Source of the DNA: Zymomonas mobilis subsp. mobilis ATCC 10988
Lineage (GTDB): Bacteria; Pseudomonadota; Alphaproteobacteria; Sphingomonadales; Sphingomonadaceae
NCBI RefSeq assembly: GCF_000175255.2
Contig: NC_017262.1
Coordinates: 1,989,774-2,021,773 of the forward strand
Length of the DNA: 32,000 nucleotides
Direction: 5' to 3'
How positions within the stretch are numbered: position 1 is the stretch's first letter; the number at the start of each line of letters is the position of its first letter. Both the position numbers and the translations under genes were made by a program. Of this stretch, positions 9,614-18,884 are shown piece by piece. Under the pieces are notes generated by a model. That model saw nothing but the letters and a program-made list of their open reading frames with translations, had not been told where the DNA came from and searched no databases.

Positions 9614-10954
9614 TTACCGACCTAATTTGGTCAGACTGCGATCAAGCGCTCCGGTTAACCAATCAATATCGCCACTCTGGAAGGCCAGAGGTGGCCGCAA
9701 TTTCAGAACATTACCATAAGGCCCAGCAACCGAGGTCAGAACATGTTCGTCGCGAAGCGCTTCGATCAGATCGAGTGCCAATTCTTTATCCGGTTCTTTG
9801 CTGTTGCGATCTTTCACCAATTCAAAACCGATGAACAGACCGGCACCCCGAACATCTCCAACGGATTCATGCTTATCTTGCAGTTTTTTCAGTTCACCCA
9901 AAAGTTCAGCCCCGACTTTTTGGGTATGGGTCTGAAGATTTTCTTCCTTGATGACATTCAAAACGGCAGAGGCCGCCGCCATTGAAACCGGATTGCCGCC
10001 GAATGTGTTGAAATAAGGGACATGGTTACTAAAGGCTTCCATCACTTCCTTGCGGGCGAAAAGACCGGAAACCGGAATACCATTCCCCATCGGTTTTCCC
10101 GTTGTTACGACATCGGGAATTAAGCCATGCCGCCCAAATCCCCAGAAAGATTCACCGGTTCTAACAAAGCCCGGCTGCACTTCATCGGCAATGAAAATAC
10201 CGCCATTTTTGTGGACGACATCAATCGCCTCTTTCAAAAATCCGGCTTCACCTGGCAAGACACCATCCGAAGAGAAAATCGAATCCGCCATAAATCCGGC
10301 AAATTTGATGCCATGGGCAGCCATATCATCAATCTGCTTTTGCATTTCGGCGGCAAACCATGCACCGGCATCTTGTCCTGCCAAACGATAATGGTCAGGC
10401 GCAGGCACCAAACGCGTATTCGGGGACAAATTTTGACCGCTACCAAGGGCAGGGGATGCGCCAGAGGTCAGAAAACTGGTACCGTGATAGGATTCCTGCG
10501 TCACGATAATGCCGGTTCCACCCGACCATTCACATGCGATCCGCATTGCCAGATCATTGGCTTCGGATCCGGTGCACATATACATAGCGCGATTGATTTC
10601 TTCCGGCATGGTTGCCAAAATCGCTTCGGAATAATCAAGGATCGTTTCATGCAAATAGCGGGTATGGGTATTCAACCGGCCCATCTGCTCATAAACCGCT
10701 TCGATAACGGCAGGATGGCAATGACCGATGCTGGCAACATTGTTATAAACATCCAGATATTTATCACCATTGGCATCCCATAAATAAGCCCCTTTTCCGC
10801 GCACCAGATGGACAGGACGGCGATAAAAAAGGCGATAGGATGCGCCCAAAAGATCTTTACGGCGCTCGGTCAGGGAACGCGTTGCCTCATCCAAAGCGGC
10901 GGCATGTTCATCCCGAAAACTGTTCGTGTCCATAATGGTAGAGCGACTTGACAC
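9614..10954 (-). CDS. Class-III PLP-dependent enzyme, AGXT2L (ethanolamine-phosphate/phosphohydroxylysine phospho-lyase)-like
   Basis: 446 aa; 'YLDVYNNVASIGHCHPAVIEAVYEQMGRLNTHTRYLHETILDYSEAILATMPEE' and PLP-lysine region 'PDVVTTGKPMGNGIPVSG' closely match the AGXT2L pattern ('CINNVAHVGHCHP', 'TMGKPMGNGHP'). GTG start preceded by AAGGAG. Confidence 0.85.
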   Translation of the reverse strand: MSSRSTIMDTNSFRDEHAAALDEATRSLTERRKDLLGASYRLFYRRPVHLVRGKGAYLWDANGDKYLDVYNNVASIGHCHPAVIEAVYEQMGRLNTHTRYLHETILDYSEAILATMPEEINRAMYMCTGSEANDLAMRIACEWSGGTGIIVTQESYHGTSFLTSGASPALGSGQNLSPNTRLVPAPDHYRLAGQDAGAWFAAEMQKQIDDMAAHGIKFAGFMADSIFSSDGVLPGEAGFLKEAIDVVHKNGGIFIADEVQPGFVRTGESFWGFGRHGLIPDVVTTGKPMGNGIPVSGLFARKEVMEAFSNHVPYFNTFGGNPVSMAAASAVLNVIKEENLQTHTQKVGAELLGELKKLQDKHESVGDVRGAGLFIGFELVKDRNSKEPDKELALDLIEALRDEHVLTSVAGPYGNVLKLRPPLAFQSGDIDWLTGALDRSLTKLGR

Positions 10955-11173
10955 AGTATTCTCCTTTTCAGGATTAAAAAGAAAACTAATGTTCCAATTA
11001 TGTCAGTCGTCCTTGAAACAAACTTGACGGCAGAAGACATTCTTAATTTTTTTATGTCAAAAGTTTCGTCTTTTATTTCTTTGCGGTCAAAAAAGGGTCG
11101 TCTCCAGCCAAGTTATAAATCTCAACCTCTTCTTATCATGACTCCAGAAAATAAACGTTCAGGAGTCTGCCAC

Positions 11174-12184
11174 ATGAATTCCCGACATGCCGATAATCTC
11201 GACACCTCCATTCTTTCCCAATTGGCAGCGCAAGCAATGGAGGCCTATCCTAAAGCCTATCAGGGAAAAATCCGGCTTTTAACGCGTTCGGAAAATGCGA
11301 CTTTTCACATTGCGGCATCTTCCGGTGAAAATTATGCCCTGCGCCTGCACCGTCCCCATTATCACGATAAACAAAGCATTACGGGCGAATTGGCATGGCT
11401 GAAAGCGTTACAGGAAGATATCGGTTTAACGGTGCCGCAAGCTATTCCTGACCGCGATGGGGAAGTGATTCAAACCCTAAAAGCGCCCGATGGCGCGCTG
11501 CGCTATGCGGTGCTTTTCAACTGGGTCGAAGGCGAAATGCCAACGGCTGATCTTGACCCTTCGCTGTTCCAAAGACTGGGCGAAGTGACCGCCCATCTGC
11601 ATCAGCATAGCCAACGCTGGGAAAAGCCGGATAATTTCAAACGTCTTATCTGGAATCATGAAAATATGGTGGGTGCCGACGGCTATTGGGGCGATTGGCG
11701 CGCCACTCCGGGGCTAGATTCAAACGGCATTATCATTATGCGTGAAGCTATGGAGCAAATCGGGCAATCCTTGGAAAAATTTGGCCAATCTTCCGACCGT
11801 TACGGCCTTATCCATGCGGATTTAAGATTAACCAATATTCTTATCCATGAAGGCGATACAAGGGCGATTGACTTTGATGACTGCGGCACTGGATGGTTTC
11901 TGCATGATCTCGCTGCGGCGATCAGTTTTGAAGAACATAATCCGGCCGCGCCTTTATGGGTCGAAAATTGGCTGAAAGGCTATGATCGAGTTCAGTCCCT
12001 TTCTCGGGAAGAAATTGATATTCTTCCAGCGCTTTTCGCCCAAAGAAGAATCCAAATGACGGCATGGGTTGGATCTCATGCGGATACCGATATGGCGCGC
12101 AGTTTAGGGGGCGACTGGCTGGCACATACGGTGCGCTTATGCCGTGACTATCTTGACGGAAAAACACCGCTTGGTGCTGCCTAA
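11174..12184 (+). CDS. APH-fold (aminoglycoside phosphotransferase/homoserine kinase II-like) small-molecule kinase; candidate amino-alcohol kinase
   Basis: Open frame 11000..12184. ATG at 11174 (MNSRHADNLD...) has SD-like 'CAGGAG' 8 nt upstream. Kinase motifs 'YGLIHADLRLTNIL' (Brenner motif) and 'IDFDDCGTGWFLHDLAAAI'. Confidence 0.8.
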   Translation: MNSRHADNLDTSILSQLAAQAMEAYPKAYQGKIRLLTRSENATFHIAASSGENYALRLHRPHYHDKQSITGELAWLKALQEDIGLTVPQAIPDRDGEVIQTLKAPDGALRYAVLFNWVEGEMPTADLDPSLFQRLGEVTAHLHQHSQRWEKPDNFKRLIWNHENMVGADGYWGDWRATPGLDSNGIIIMREAMEQIGQSLEKFGQSSDRYGLIHADLRLTNILIHEGDTRAIDFDDCGTGWFLHDLAAAISFEEHNPAAPLWVENWLKGYDRVQSLSREEIDILPALFAQRRIQMTAWVGSHADTDMARSLGGDWLAHTVRLCRDYLDGKTPLGAA

Positions 12185-12220
12185 AAAACGATCCAATCCA
12201 GACTCTCTTTTCAGACTTCC

Positions 12221-12272
12221 AATCTCTTCCTTCATAAAATTTCACTATTTTATAAGGAAGAGATTTTTTTAA
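12221..12272 (+). terminator. Strong Rho-independent terminator after the kinase gene
   Basis: AATCTCTTCCTT(c)ATAAAAT / ATTTTATAAGGAAGAGATT, 19 bp stem with one bulged C and a 6-nt loop, followed by a T-run. Confidence 0.8.
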
Positions 12273-12387
12273 ATTTTATATTGCAATTTGATGACATAAT
12301 ATGATGTTATCCATTTAGGATATAATTTTGGGCATATTCATAGACTCATTATCCTGATGAACCGCATGCCAAGGAAAGTCTGGAAAT

Positions 12388-13458
12388 ATGACATCTTCTC
12401 TAAATACAGCTTTCTCGAAAACCCTCTCTTCCTTTGAAGAAGTCCATCATGGTGTTCTTGCCGCCGCTGGAAGCGGACTTGGCGATTTTATTAAAAAAAC
12501 AGGCGGCGATGCTGACCGTGTCTTTGGGTCATGCGGCGTGGATCCGGCGATTATGGAACGCCCAACACACAGCCTTAGCCTCACCAATTATTGCCGCTTA
12601 ATGGAAGAAGCCGCAATCGATTCCCAAAATGGTAATTTCGGGTTGCATTATGGCAAGCAATTCCAGCCACAAAATCTTGGGTTAATCGGTTATATCGGTC
12701 TCTCTTCTCCGACATTGGGTGACGCCCTTTCCAATGTTGCAAAAGATTTTCACTGGCACCAACATGATACCTTAACCCGCTTTGTAAAACGGGAAAATCA
12801 ATGGCATTTTGAATATCAGGTCAGACATGGTGCCATTACAAGACGGCGGCAGGATGCCGAGCTTTCTATGGGGATGATTCTGAATATCATCCGCAGCGCG
12901 CTTGGTTCTAAATGGACGCCGCAAGAGGTCAATTTTGAACATTATCGGCCAGAACAGGCACATGAACATGAAAAAGTGTTTGGTGCGGCAGTCTGGTTTG
13001 AACAACCCTGCAACTCTATTGTGCTTTCTGAAAAAGACTTGATGCGCCCGATGCCGGGTTATGAACCGGTCTTATTAACGGTAATGCGGGAAACCATCCG
13101 CCGTCTAAATCGCCATAATGTGCCGCAATCATTCCCTGAACGGGTGAGGGCGATCATCCGTATCATGCTGCCCCAAGACGACTTTTCTCTTGAAAAGATT
13201 TCCGAAAAAATGGCGATGACGCCTTGGTCTTTGCAACGGCGGTTGAAAGAAGAAAATGTCACTTTTCTCACGTTGATAGATTCCGTCCGCAAAGAAATGG
13301 CTATCGACTATATGAAGCAACCTCATCTAACGATTTCAGATATTACTTTTATGCTGGGCTATTCCGAGGTCTGCGCGCTTTCACGGGCTTTTCGGCGCTG
13401 GTTCGGTGTCAGCCCCCGTGCATGGCGTAAAAATTATGCCAGTAATGCCAAGGCCTGA
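12388..13458 (+). CDS. AraC-family transcriptional regulator
   Basis: 356 aa; AraC-binding-like N-terminus 'YCRLMEEAAIDSQNGNFGLHYGKQFQPQNLGLIGYIGLSSPTLGDAL', C-terminal HTH 'MAMTPWSLQRRLKEENVTF...ISDITFMLGYSEVCALSRAFRRWFGVSPRAWRK'. Confidence 0.93.
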   Translation: MTSSLNTAFSKTLSSFEEVHHGVLAAAGSGLGDFIKKTGGDADRVFGSCGVDPAIMERPTHSLSLTNYCRLMEEAAIDSQNGNFGLHYGKQFQPQNLGLIGYIGLSSPTLGDALSNVAKDFHWHQHDTLTRFVKRENQWHFEYQVRHGAITRRRQDAELSMGMILNIIRSALGSKWTPQEVNFEHYRPEQAHEHEKVFGAAVWFEQPCNSIVLSEKDLMRPMPGYEPVLLTVMRETIRRLNRHNVPQSFPERVRAIIRIMLPQDDFSLEKISEKMAMTPWSLQRRLKEENVTFLTLIDSVRKEMAIDYMKQPHLTISDITFMLGYSEVCALSRAFRRWFGVSPRAWRKNYASNAKA

Positions 13459-13499
13459 ATAAAAGGTCGCTGATAACACATAATAGGGCTTTGTTTTGA

Positions 13500-13538
13500 T
13501 CCTGCACCGGAATTTTTCCGTGCGGGATAATTTTTATA
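13500..13538 (+). terminator. Terminator-like hairpin after the AraC-type gene
   Basis: GATCCTGCACCGGAA / TTCCGTGCGGGAT imperfect inverted repeat followed by AATTTTTAT. Confidence 0.5.
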
Positions 13539-13777
13539 CCGCCTCTCGCATCCTTATTTCGTCCCTCTCACTTACCAGAAAACCCTTTTGATAAGCCGCT
13601 TTTGGGTTATTCCTCTTAATCGACAGAGTTCTTTAAAAACGGTAAATTATCACGAAAGATTAAAATTTATTTTCAATAAACAACAAATTGTCATTAAGGG
13701 TCAAGTTTATATGCTTTCATTGCCGATATGGTTTTCTTGTGACTATAGAAAATCCGGTAAGGGGAGAGTCCTCCAAG

Positions 13778-15187
13778 ATGCCAGAAAAATCTCCGAAGCT
13801 TTCAAAAACGCTTAGCTCTTTTCATCTCTGGGGCATCGCCGTTGGCCTTGTGATCTCAGGTGAATATTTTGGCTGGAGCTATGGCTGGGCGACCGCGGGA
13901 ACCATGGGTTTTCTGATCGCGACGGTTATTGTTGCGGCTATTTATACCAGTTTCATTTTCAGCTTTACAGAACTCACCTGCTCTATTCCGCAGGCAGGGG
14001 GGCCTTTCGCCTATAGCTTTCGGGCTTTAGGTAAATGGGGTGGTGCCATTGCCGGTATGGCAACCTTGGTTGAATTTTTATTCGCCCCTCCGGCTATTGC
14101 TCTAGCCATTGGTTCCTATCTCAATGTGCAATTTCCGTCACTTTCTCCCAAAATGGCGGCGGCCTGTGCTTATATCGTTTTCATGGCTTTGAATATCGTG
14201 GGTGTCAGAATCGCCGCGACATTCGAGCTTTTCATCACTGTTGCCGCTATTTTTGAATTACTGGTTTTCATGGGGGTCGTTGCACCTGCTTTTTCATGGG
14301 AACAATTCCTGCATGACGGCTGGGGTGTTGCCAGCCATTTCGACATTCAGGCCATTGGCGGGATATTTGCTGCTGTGCCTTTTGCGATCTGGTTCTTTCT
14401 GGCAATTGAAGGGGTCGCTATGGCCGCTGAAGAAGCCAAAAATCCCCGCCGTTCTATCCCGATCGCTTATACCGCTGGTATCTTAACGCTGGTTTCTCTT
14501 GCTTTCGGTGTGATGGTTTTTGCTGGTGGTTCTATGGATTGGCATCAGCTTGCCAATTTGAACGATCCACTACCTCAAGCGATGAAACATGTGGTCGGCG
14601 CGCATAGCGGCTGGTTGCATATGCTTGTTTTCCTCGGGTTGTTCGGGCTAGTTTCTTCCCTGCATGGTATCATCATGGGCTATGGTCGCCAGATTTTTGC
14701 CTTGGCAAGGGCAGGTTTTCTTCCGGCAACGCTTGGGAAATTACATATCAAACTGCAAACCCCTTATGCCGCGACTATCGCCGGTGGTTTAGTCGGTATC
14801 GCCGCTATCTTTGCCGATGATGTTCTTTCTTTCGGCGGTCATTCTCTGACGGCTATTCTGGTAACAATGTCGGTTCTTGGCTCGCTTACCATGTATGTGT
14901 TGAGCATGGCCAGCCTGTTCCGCTTGCGTCAAACCATGCCGGATTTACCACGCCCTTACAAAGCGCCTCTTTATCCTTTCTTGCCTGCCTTGGCGCTGAT
15001 TGGGGCTTTCTTCCTGCTCGCCGCCGTTATTTACTATAATGCCGGCATTTCCTTCATCTATGCGCTTTTAATGTGCATTGCCTGCCCGCTTTGCCTTTAC
15101 AGCTACAAGCGGAGCCAAAACAAAAAAACAGAAGAAAACGATATCACGACATCTGCTATTCTCGCTGCCGAGGGGGCGGAAGAATAA
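13778..15187 (+). CDS. Ethanolamine permease-like APC-family transporter
   Basis: ORF 13688..15187; likely start at internal ATG 13778 (MPEKSPKLSKTL...). Diagnostic N-terminus 'LWGIAVGLVISGEYFGWSYGWATAGTMGF'; about 12 hydrophobic segments. Confidence 0.85.
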   Translation: MPEKSPKLSKTLSSFHLWGIAVGLVISGEYFGWSYGWATAGTMGFLIATVIVAAIYTSFIFSFTELTCSIPQAGGPFAYSFRALGKWGGAIAGMATLVEFLFAPPAIALAIGSYLNVQFPSLSPKMAAACAYIVFMALNIVGVRIAATFELFITVAAIFELLVFMGVVAPAFSWEQFLHDGWGVASHFDIQAIGGIFAAVPFAIWFFLAIEGVAMAAEEAKNPRRSIPIAYTAGILTLVSLAFGVMVFAGGSMDWHQLANLNDPLPQAMKHVVGAHSGWLHMLVFLGLFGLVSSLHGIIMGYGRQIFALARAGFLPATLGKLHIKLQTPYAATIAGGLVGIAAIFADDVLSFGGHSLTAILVTMSVLGSLTMYVLSMASLFRLRQTMPDLPRPYKAPLYPFLPALALIGAFFLLAAVIYYNAGISFIYALLMCIACPLCLYSYKRSQNKKTEENDITTSAILAAEGAEE

Positions 15188-15222
15188 GCGGTCAACGCAG
15201 CGACTGTTTTTGTGAAAAAAGG

Positions 15223-16665
15223 ATGTCCGACATGCGCTATTACACCTTATCTTTTTGCTTTGGTTGCTGTCTTATCGGCATGGTCGGCGTGCAATCGCCT
15301 GCCTTGGCAGAAGTCCAAACGGGCGATACGCCAACGCCACCGGCCGAACTTTTGCAAAAGGCTGCTCCTGACAAAGCTGACTATGAACAGTCACAAGACC
15401 CTGATTTACCCGCTCTTGAAGCGGGAAATCTGTTTCATAGTAAAGGCGGAAAACTTTCTTATTGGGACGGCCTTGTCGGTCATGCCATGATCGAAGGGGG
15501 TGCGAATGGAAACCCTGTTACCCATTCAGGCCGCAACTTCGGGCAGTATTTTACTGATAAATCCAATACAGGTACGCTTAACCAGATCACGGCTTCTATT
15601 TCTCATCCCGTAACCCCAATCGGAAAAGGCTATGGCATCGGCTTTGTTGTGGAAATGCTCTACGGTTCCGATGCGCGGGTCGATCCTACCTTAGGCATGG
15701 GGGACGGCGCTTTAAAAGGCGGCTATCAATGGGCGCCAACTCAGGCGCATATTGATGTTCATACCCCTTGGCTTTTCAAACATGGTATCGATTTCCAAAT
15801 CGGGCAGATGTATGGCTTGATGGGGGTCGAAGGTATCCCAGCCCTTGCACGTCCCTTCTACAGCTACAACTACAGTTCGGATTATATCGTTCCCTTTGAA
15901 ACGGTAGGGATCGTCGCGACAATGCATGTCTCTCGCGATATTGATTTCCTGCTTGGTATTGATTCCGGTAACGCGTCTACTTTCGGTAATGCGACCGTCA
16001 ATAAACAACCCAAAGGTTATGCGGGTCTCGTCTTTAAAAACCTGATGGATAACAAAATGACCATCCGCGCCATTTCCCATTTAGGGCCCGCGGGTAACTC
16101 CGGCACCGCTGTAACCTCGGCTGATGGCTGGACGAGTGCTGGTATCGGTTCGGCTGCCAATAAACTGATGCAATATAATGTTGAAGTCAGCATGAGCTAT
16201 CGCTTCACGGATAAAGTCACCTTTACAGAAGACATCATCGTCGATCGGGATGAATCCATCCGCGACACCGCTTATGGCTTCACCTCTTATGTGGCATGGG
16301 ATTTACGGAAAAACCTAACTCTGAATTTCCGTGGAGAAATCTTCCGTGATAATACTGGCGGGGTCATTACCCAATTTATTGGTAGCGATTCCTACAGAAG
16401 TTACCTCAGAAATCGGCCTTATGCTTATTACAGCGCCCCCGCGACCACTTATGGCGAGCTGACCGCTGGCGTGTCATGGAAACCGCCGGTTATCAACGAT
16501 CATCTGGGGAAGGGGACTTTCACTTTACGGCCAGAACTCCGACTGGATAGATCTTTAAACGGCACACATCCCTTTAACAGAAGTGCTTCGGTCATGAATC
16601 CGGTGGTTACAAACGGAACCCGAAATATGTTCTGGGTCAGTTGTGACGCGATCCTCAGTTTCTGA
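15223..16665 (+). CDS. Outer-membrane beta-barrel porin (OmpL/BBP2-like), with signal peptide
   Basis: ORF 15073..16665; start at 15223 or 15232 after 'AAAAAAGG'; signal 'MRYYTLSFCFGCCLIGMVGVQSPALA'; alternating aromatic/hydrophobic strands throughout. Confidence 0.75.
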   Translation: MSDMRYYTLSFCFGCCLIGMVGVQSPALAEVQTGDTPTPPAELLQKAAPDKADYEQSQDPDLPALEAGNLFHSKGGKLSYWDGLVGHAMIEGGANGNPVTHSGRNFGQYFTDKSNTGTLNQITASISHPVTPIGKGYGIGFVVEMLYGSDARVDPTLGMGDGALKGGYQWAPTQAHIDVHTPWLFKHGIDFQIGQMYGLMGVEGIPALARPFYSYNYSSDYIVPFETVGIVATMHVSRDIDFLLGIDSGNASTFGNATVNKQPKGYAGLVFKNLMDNKMTIRAISHLGPAGNSGTAVTSADGWTSAGIGSAANKLMQYNVEVSMSYRFTDKVTFTEDIIVDRDESIRDTAYGFTSYVAWDLRKNLTLNFRGEIFRDNTGGVITQFIGSDSYRSYLRNRPYAYYSAPATTYGELTAGVSWKPPVINDHLGKGTFTLRPELRLDRSLNGTHPFNRSASVMNPVVTNGTRNMFWVSCDAILSF

Positions 16666-16734
16666 TCTTCGAACAGAAAGGGCATCTATCTTAATTTAAA
16701 GGGGGGATAATGAATAAAGGTGGTATCAAATAAA

Positions 16735-16810
16735 TGGTGCCGGGTGAGGGACTCGAACCCCCATGGTCGCTACTTACAAGGTAGGTGCCTAACCATTCGG
16801 CCAACCCGGC
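16735..16810 (-). tRNA. tRNA-Thr (anticodon TGT)
   Basis: Reverse complement folds as GCCGGGT...ACCCGGC acceptor, T-arm GGGGGTTCGAGTCCCTC, anticodon loop CTTGTAA, discriminator A and encoded CCA. Confidence 0.9.
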
Positions 16811-16963
16811 AGTGATTCGTCTTTCCAGTAAAGCATTTTGATAGAAAAGGGAATCGCTACTTCGCAAAAAAAATCAATTTTTTCCAAATTTTTATAACTT
16901 TTCAAGCTGTTGCAGGATTCCTCTCCATAAAAAACATTTTCCTCGAGAGAGGAGGCATCTTTT

Positions 16964-17704
16964 TTGGCTGATAAACGCTTTTTTGGAACAAAGACGTTTC
17001 CTAATCAAGAAAAGGCTTTAAAAGCTAAGATTATGAATAATGATGCTTTCATAAGCTGGATTGAAAAAAATTTAGGCCATCGGCCTAAAGATCCGGCCTT
17101 GTTTTTACGAGCCATGACTCATCCCAGTCATGGCAACAGCGATTATCAAAGATTAGAGTTTTTAGGCGACCGTGTTTTAGGATTGGTCATTGCCAATTGG
17201 TTATACGACCTGTTCCCTCGCGAACCGGAAGGCAAATTGTCCCGACGATTAAACAGCCTTGTTTCAGGGGCTAGCTGCGCCAGCATTGCGCGGATTGTCG
17301 GACTTCCTCAATGGCTCCGTCTGGGAAAACAGGCGCGCGATGACGGCGCGGCGGCCTCTGACAATGTCTTGGGCGATGTGATGGAAGCCATGATTGGTGC
17401 CATCTTCTTGGAATCCGGTATCGAAGCCGCAGGCAAACTTATTCATAAATACTGGGCGCCTTTGGTGACGGGACAGGAATCCGCCCCGAAACATCCGAAA
17501 TCGGCTTTGCAGGAATGGGCAGCCGCCCATAACCGCCGCCCGCCTGTTTATGAAATTGTCAGTCGGACAGGCCCCCAGCATAATCCTTGCTTTACCATTC
17601 AGGTTTCTATTGCCGGTGTCGGTGAAGCCAGTGCCGAAGGCTCTTCAAAGCAGGAAGCCCAAACGGCTGCTGCTCAAGCGCTTTTGGATATTTTGGCGCA
17701 ATAA
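16964..17704 (+). CDS. rnc: Ribonuclease III
   Basis: 246 aa; signature 'YQRLEFLGDRVLGLVIANWLY', 'DNVLGDVMEAMIGAIFLESG', C-terminal dsRNA-binding domain. TTG start with AGAGGAGG SD. Confidence 0.95.
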   Translation: MADKRFFGTKTFPNQEKALKAKIMNNDAFISWIEKNLGHRPKDPALFLRAMTHPSHGNSDYQRLEFLGDRVLGLVIANWLYDLFPREPEGKLSRRLNSLVSGASCASIARIVGLPQWLRLGKQARDDGAAASDNVLGDVMEAMIGAIFLESGIEAAGKLIHKYWAPLVTGQESAPKHPKSALQEWAAAHNRRPPVYEIVSRTGPQHNPCFTIQVSIAGVGEASAEGSSKQEAQTAAAQALLDILAQ

Positions 17705-17924
17705 CAAGGACGGCTTAAAGCCTGCCCGCTTTTACCATTGACCGAATACAGGCCAAGGGAACAGCTCTATTCTTGTGTAAAAAGCTATCTTTCCGGCTAT
17801 TCTTGCCTTCTTTATTCCGATTATAGCCGGATCTCGCCCAATAAATTAGACGCCAGAGGTGAGGGCATATTGGCTTACTCACAGCTTTTTATTCAACAGT
17901 AGTGTATGATATAACGCTCATTAA

Positions 17925-17955
17925 AACAGGCTGCCTTTTTAAAAGACAGCCTGCT
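17925..17955. terminator. Bidirectional terminator-like hairpin between convergent rnc and the 17989-18501 ORF
   Basis: CAGGCTG (17927-17933) pairs with CAGCCTG (17947-17953). Confidence 0.55.
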
Positions 17956-17988
17956 GTTCGTTGCCGATTTTTCGTAAAATTTTAATGG

Positions 17989-18501
17989 CTATGCCATGTT
18001 ATGAACATAGCGGGATGTTTCCGCATTTTTCATCAAAAGATTGTAGATCCACGGCGATCCATTGCCACTTTCATGGGTTTCAGCCAGATGATGGCAAGCC
18101 AAATAGGTCATTGCCGGATTTAACCGACGCGGTTCCCAAGCCATAAAATCACTAATTTGTGATGGATCAGTCGGAAAATTTTTCTCACTGACCATCGCTT
18201 TCGCCAAGGTCAAAGCGTCATCAGCTGGCCGCCATGCCATCCAAAAGCTGTCAAAAACGGCGTATAATTTGGCATGGGGGGCAATGGAATGACCATCATC
18301 CTGAAATAACACCATTTCAGAGCCTAAATCATCAATACCGTCTTTGACATCTTCTTTTGATAATCCGGTGCGTTTAACCAATTCATCCATGGAAATGGGC
18401 TGATCGAATTCGCCCCCATGATAGCTGGTTTGAACAAAAACTTGAGCCACAGCCTTACAATTCGCGGAATAGGCAGAGGCTTCTGATGTCTGGTTAACCA
18501 T
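17989..18501 (-). CDS. Hypothetical protein, possible N-terminal winged-helix/HTH
   Basis: 170-aa ORF starting MVNQTSEASAYSANCKAV, with 'ISMDELVKRTGLSKEDVKDGIDDLGSEMVLFQD' reading like a helix-turn-helix; no confident family. Confidence 0.7.
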   Translation of the reverse strand: MVNQTSEASAYSANCKAVAQVFVQTSYHGGEFDQPISMDELVKRTGLSKEDVKDGIDDLGSEMVLFQDDGHSIAPHAKLYAVFDSFWMAWRPADDALTLAKAMVSEKNFPTDPSQISDFMAWEPRRLNPAMTYLACHHLAETHESGNGSPWIYNLLMKNAETSRYVHNMA

Positions 18502-18884
18502 AATCCAGATCCTTTCAGGGACAGATAATGATGAAAATGGTTATCCTGATTTTAAAATATTCAAATAATTTCAGATACAAAAGTTCTTCACAAAGATACG
18601 AAATTATCTTTTAAAAAAGACCAAACCATTTCAACATCTACTATGGGGTTAAACGCATGACATGAAATTTAGATCATTTTTTCTCGTTATATATCTATTT
18701 TTTCGCACGATTGGGCGCAGACTATTATCTTGTTATTTAGAAACCCATAATCAGAATTTTTGTTCGCCAAAAACTAGCTATCCCCGTGTAATCAAAAACA
18801 AAATCTAACCGCTCTTCATTTTTCTTTGGTCTGTCCCCATGCCTTGAAAATGGATTTTGTTTCGTTTCCTTACATTCCAGCCAC

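Noticed and set aside
10127-10783. 218-aa ORF on + strand
   Set aside because: Fully antisense to the class-III PLP enzyme, which has clear family motifs; typical shadow ORF.
11000-11173. 58-codon N-terminal extension of the APH-fold kinase
   Set aside because: Weak start context, non-conserved-looking sequence, and a well-placed SD supports ATG 11174.
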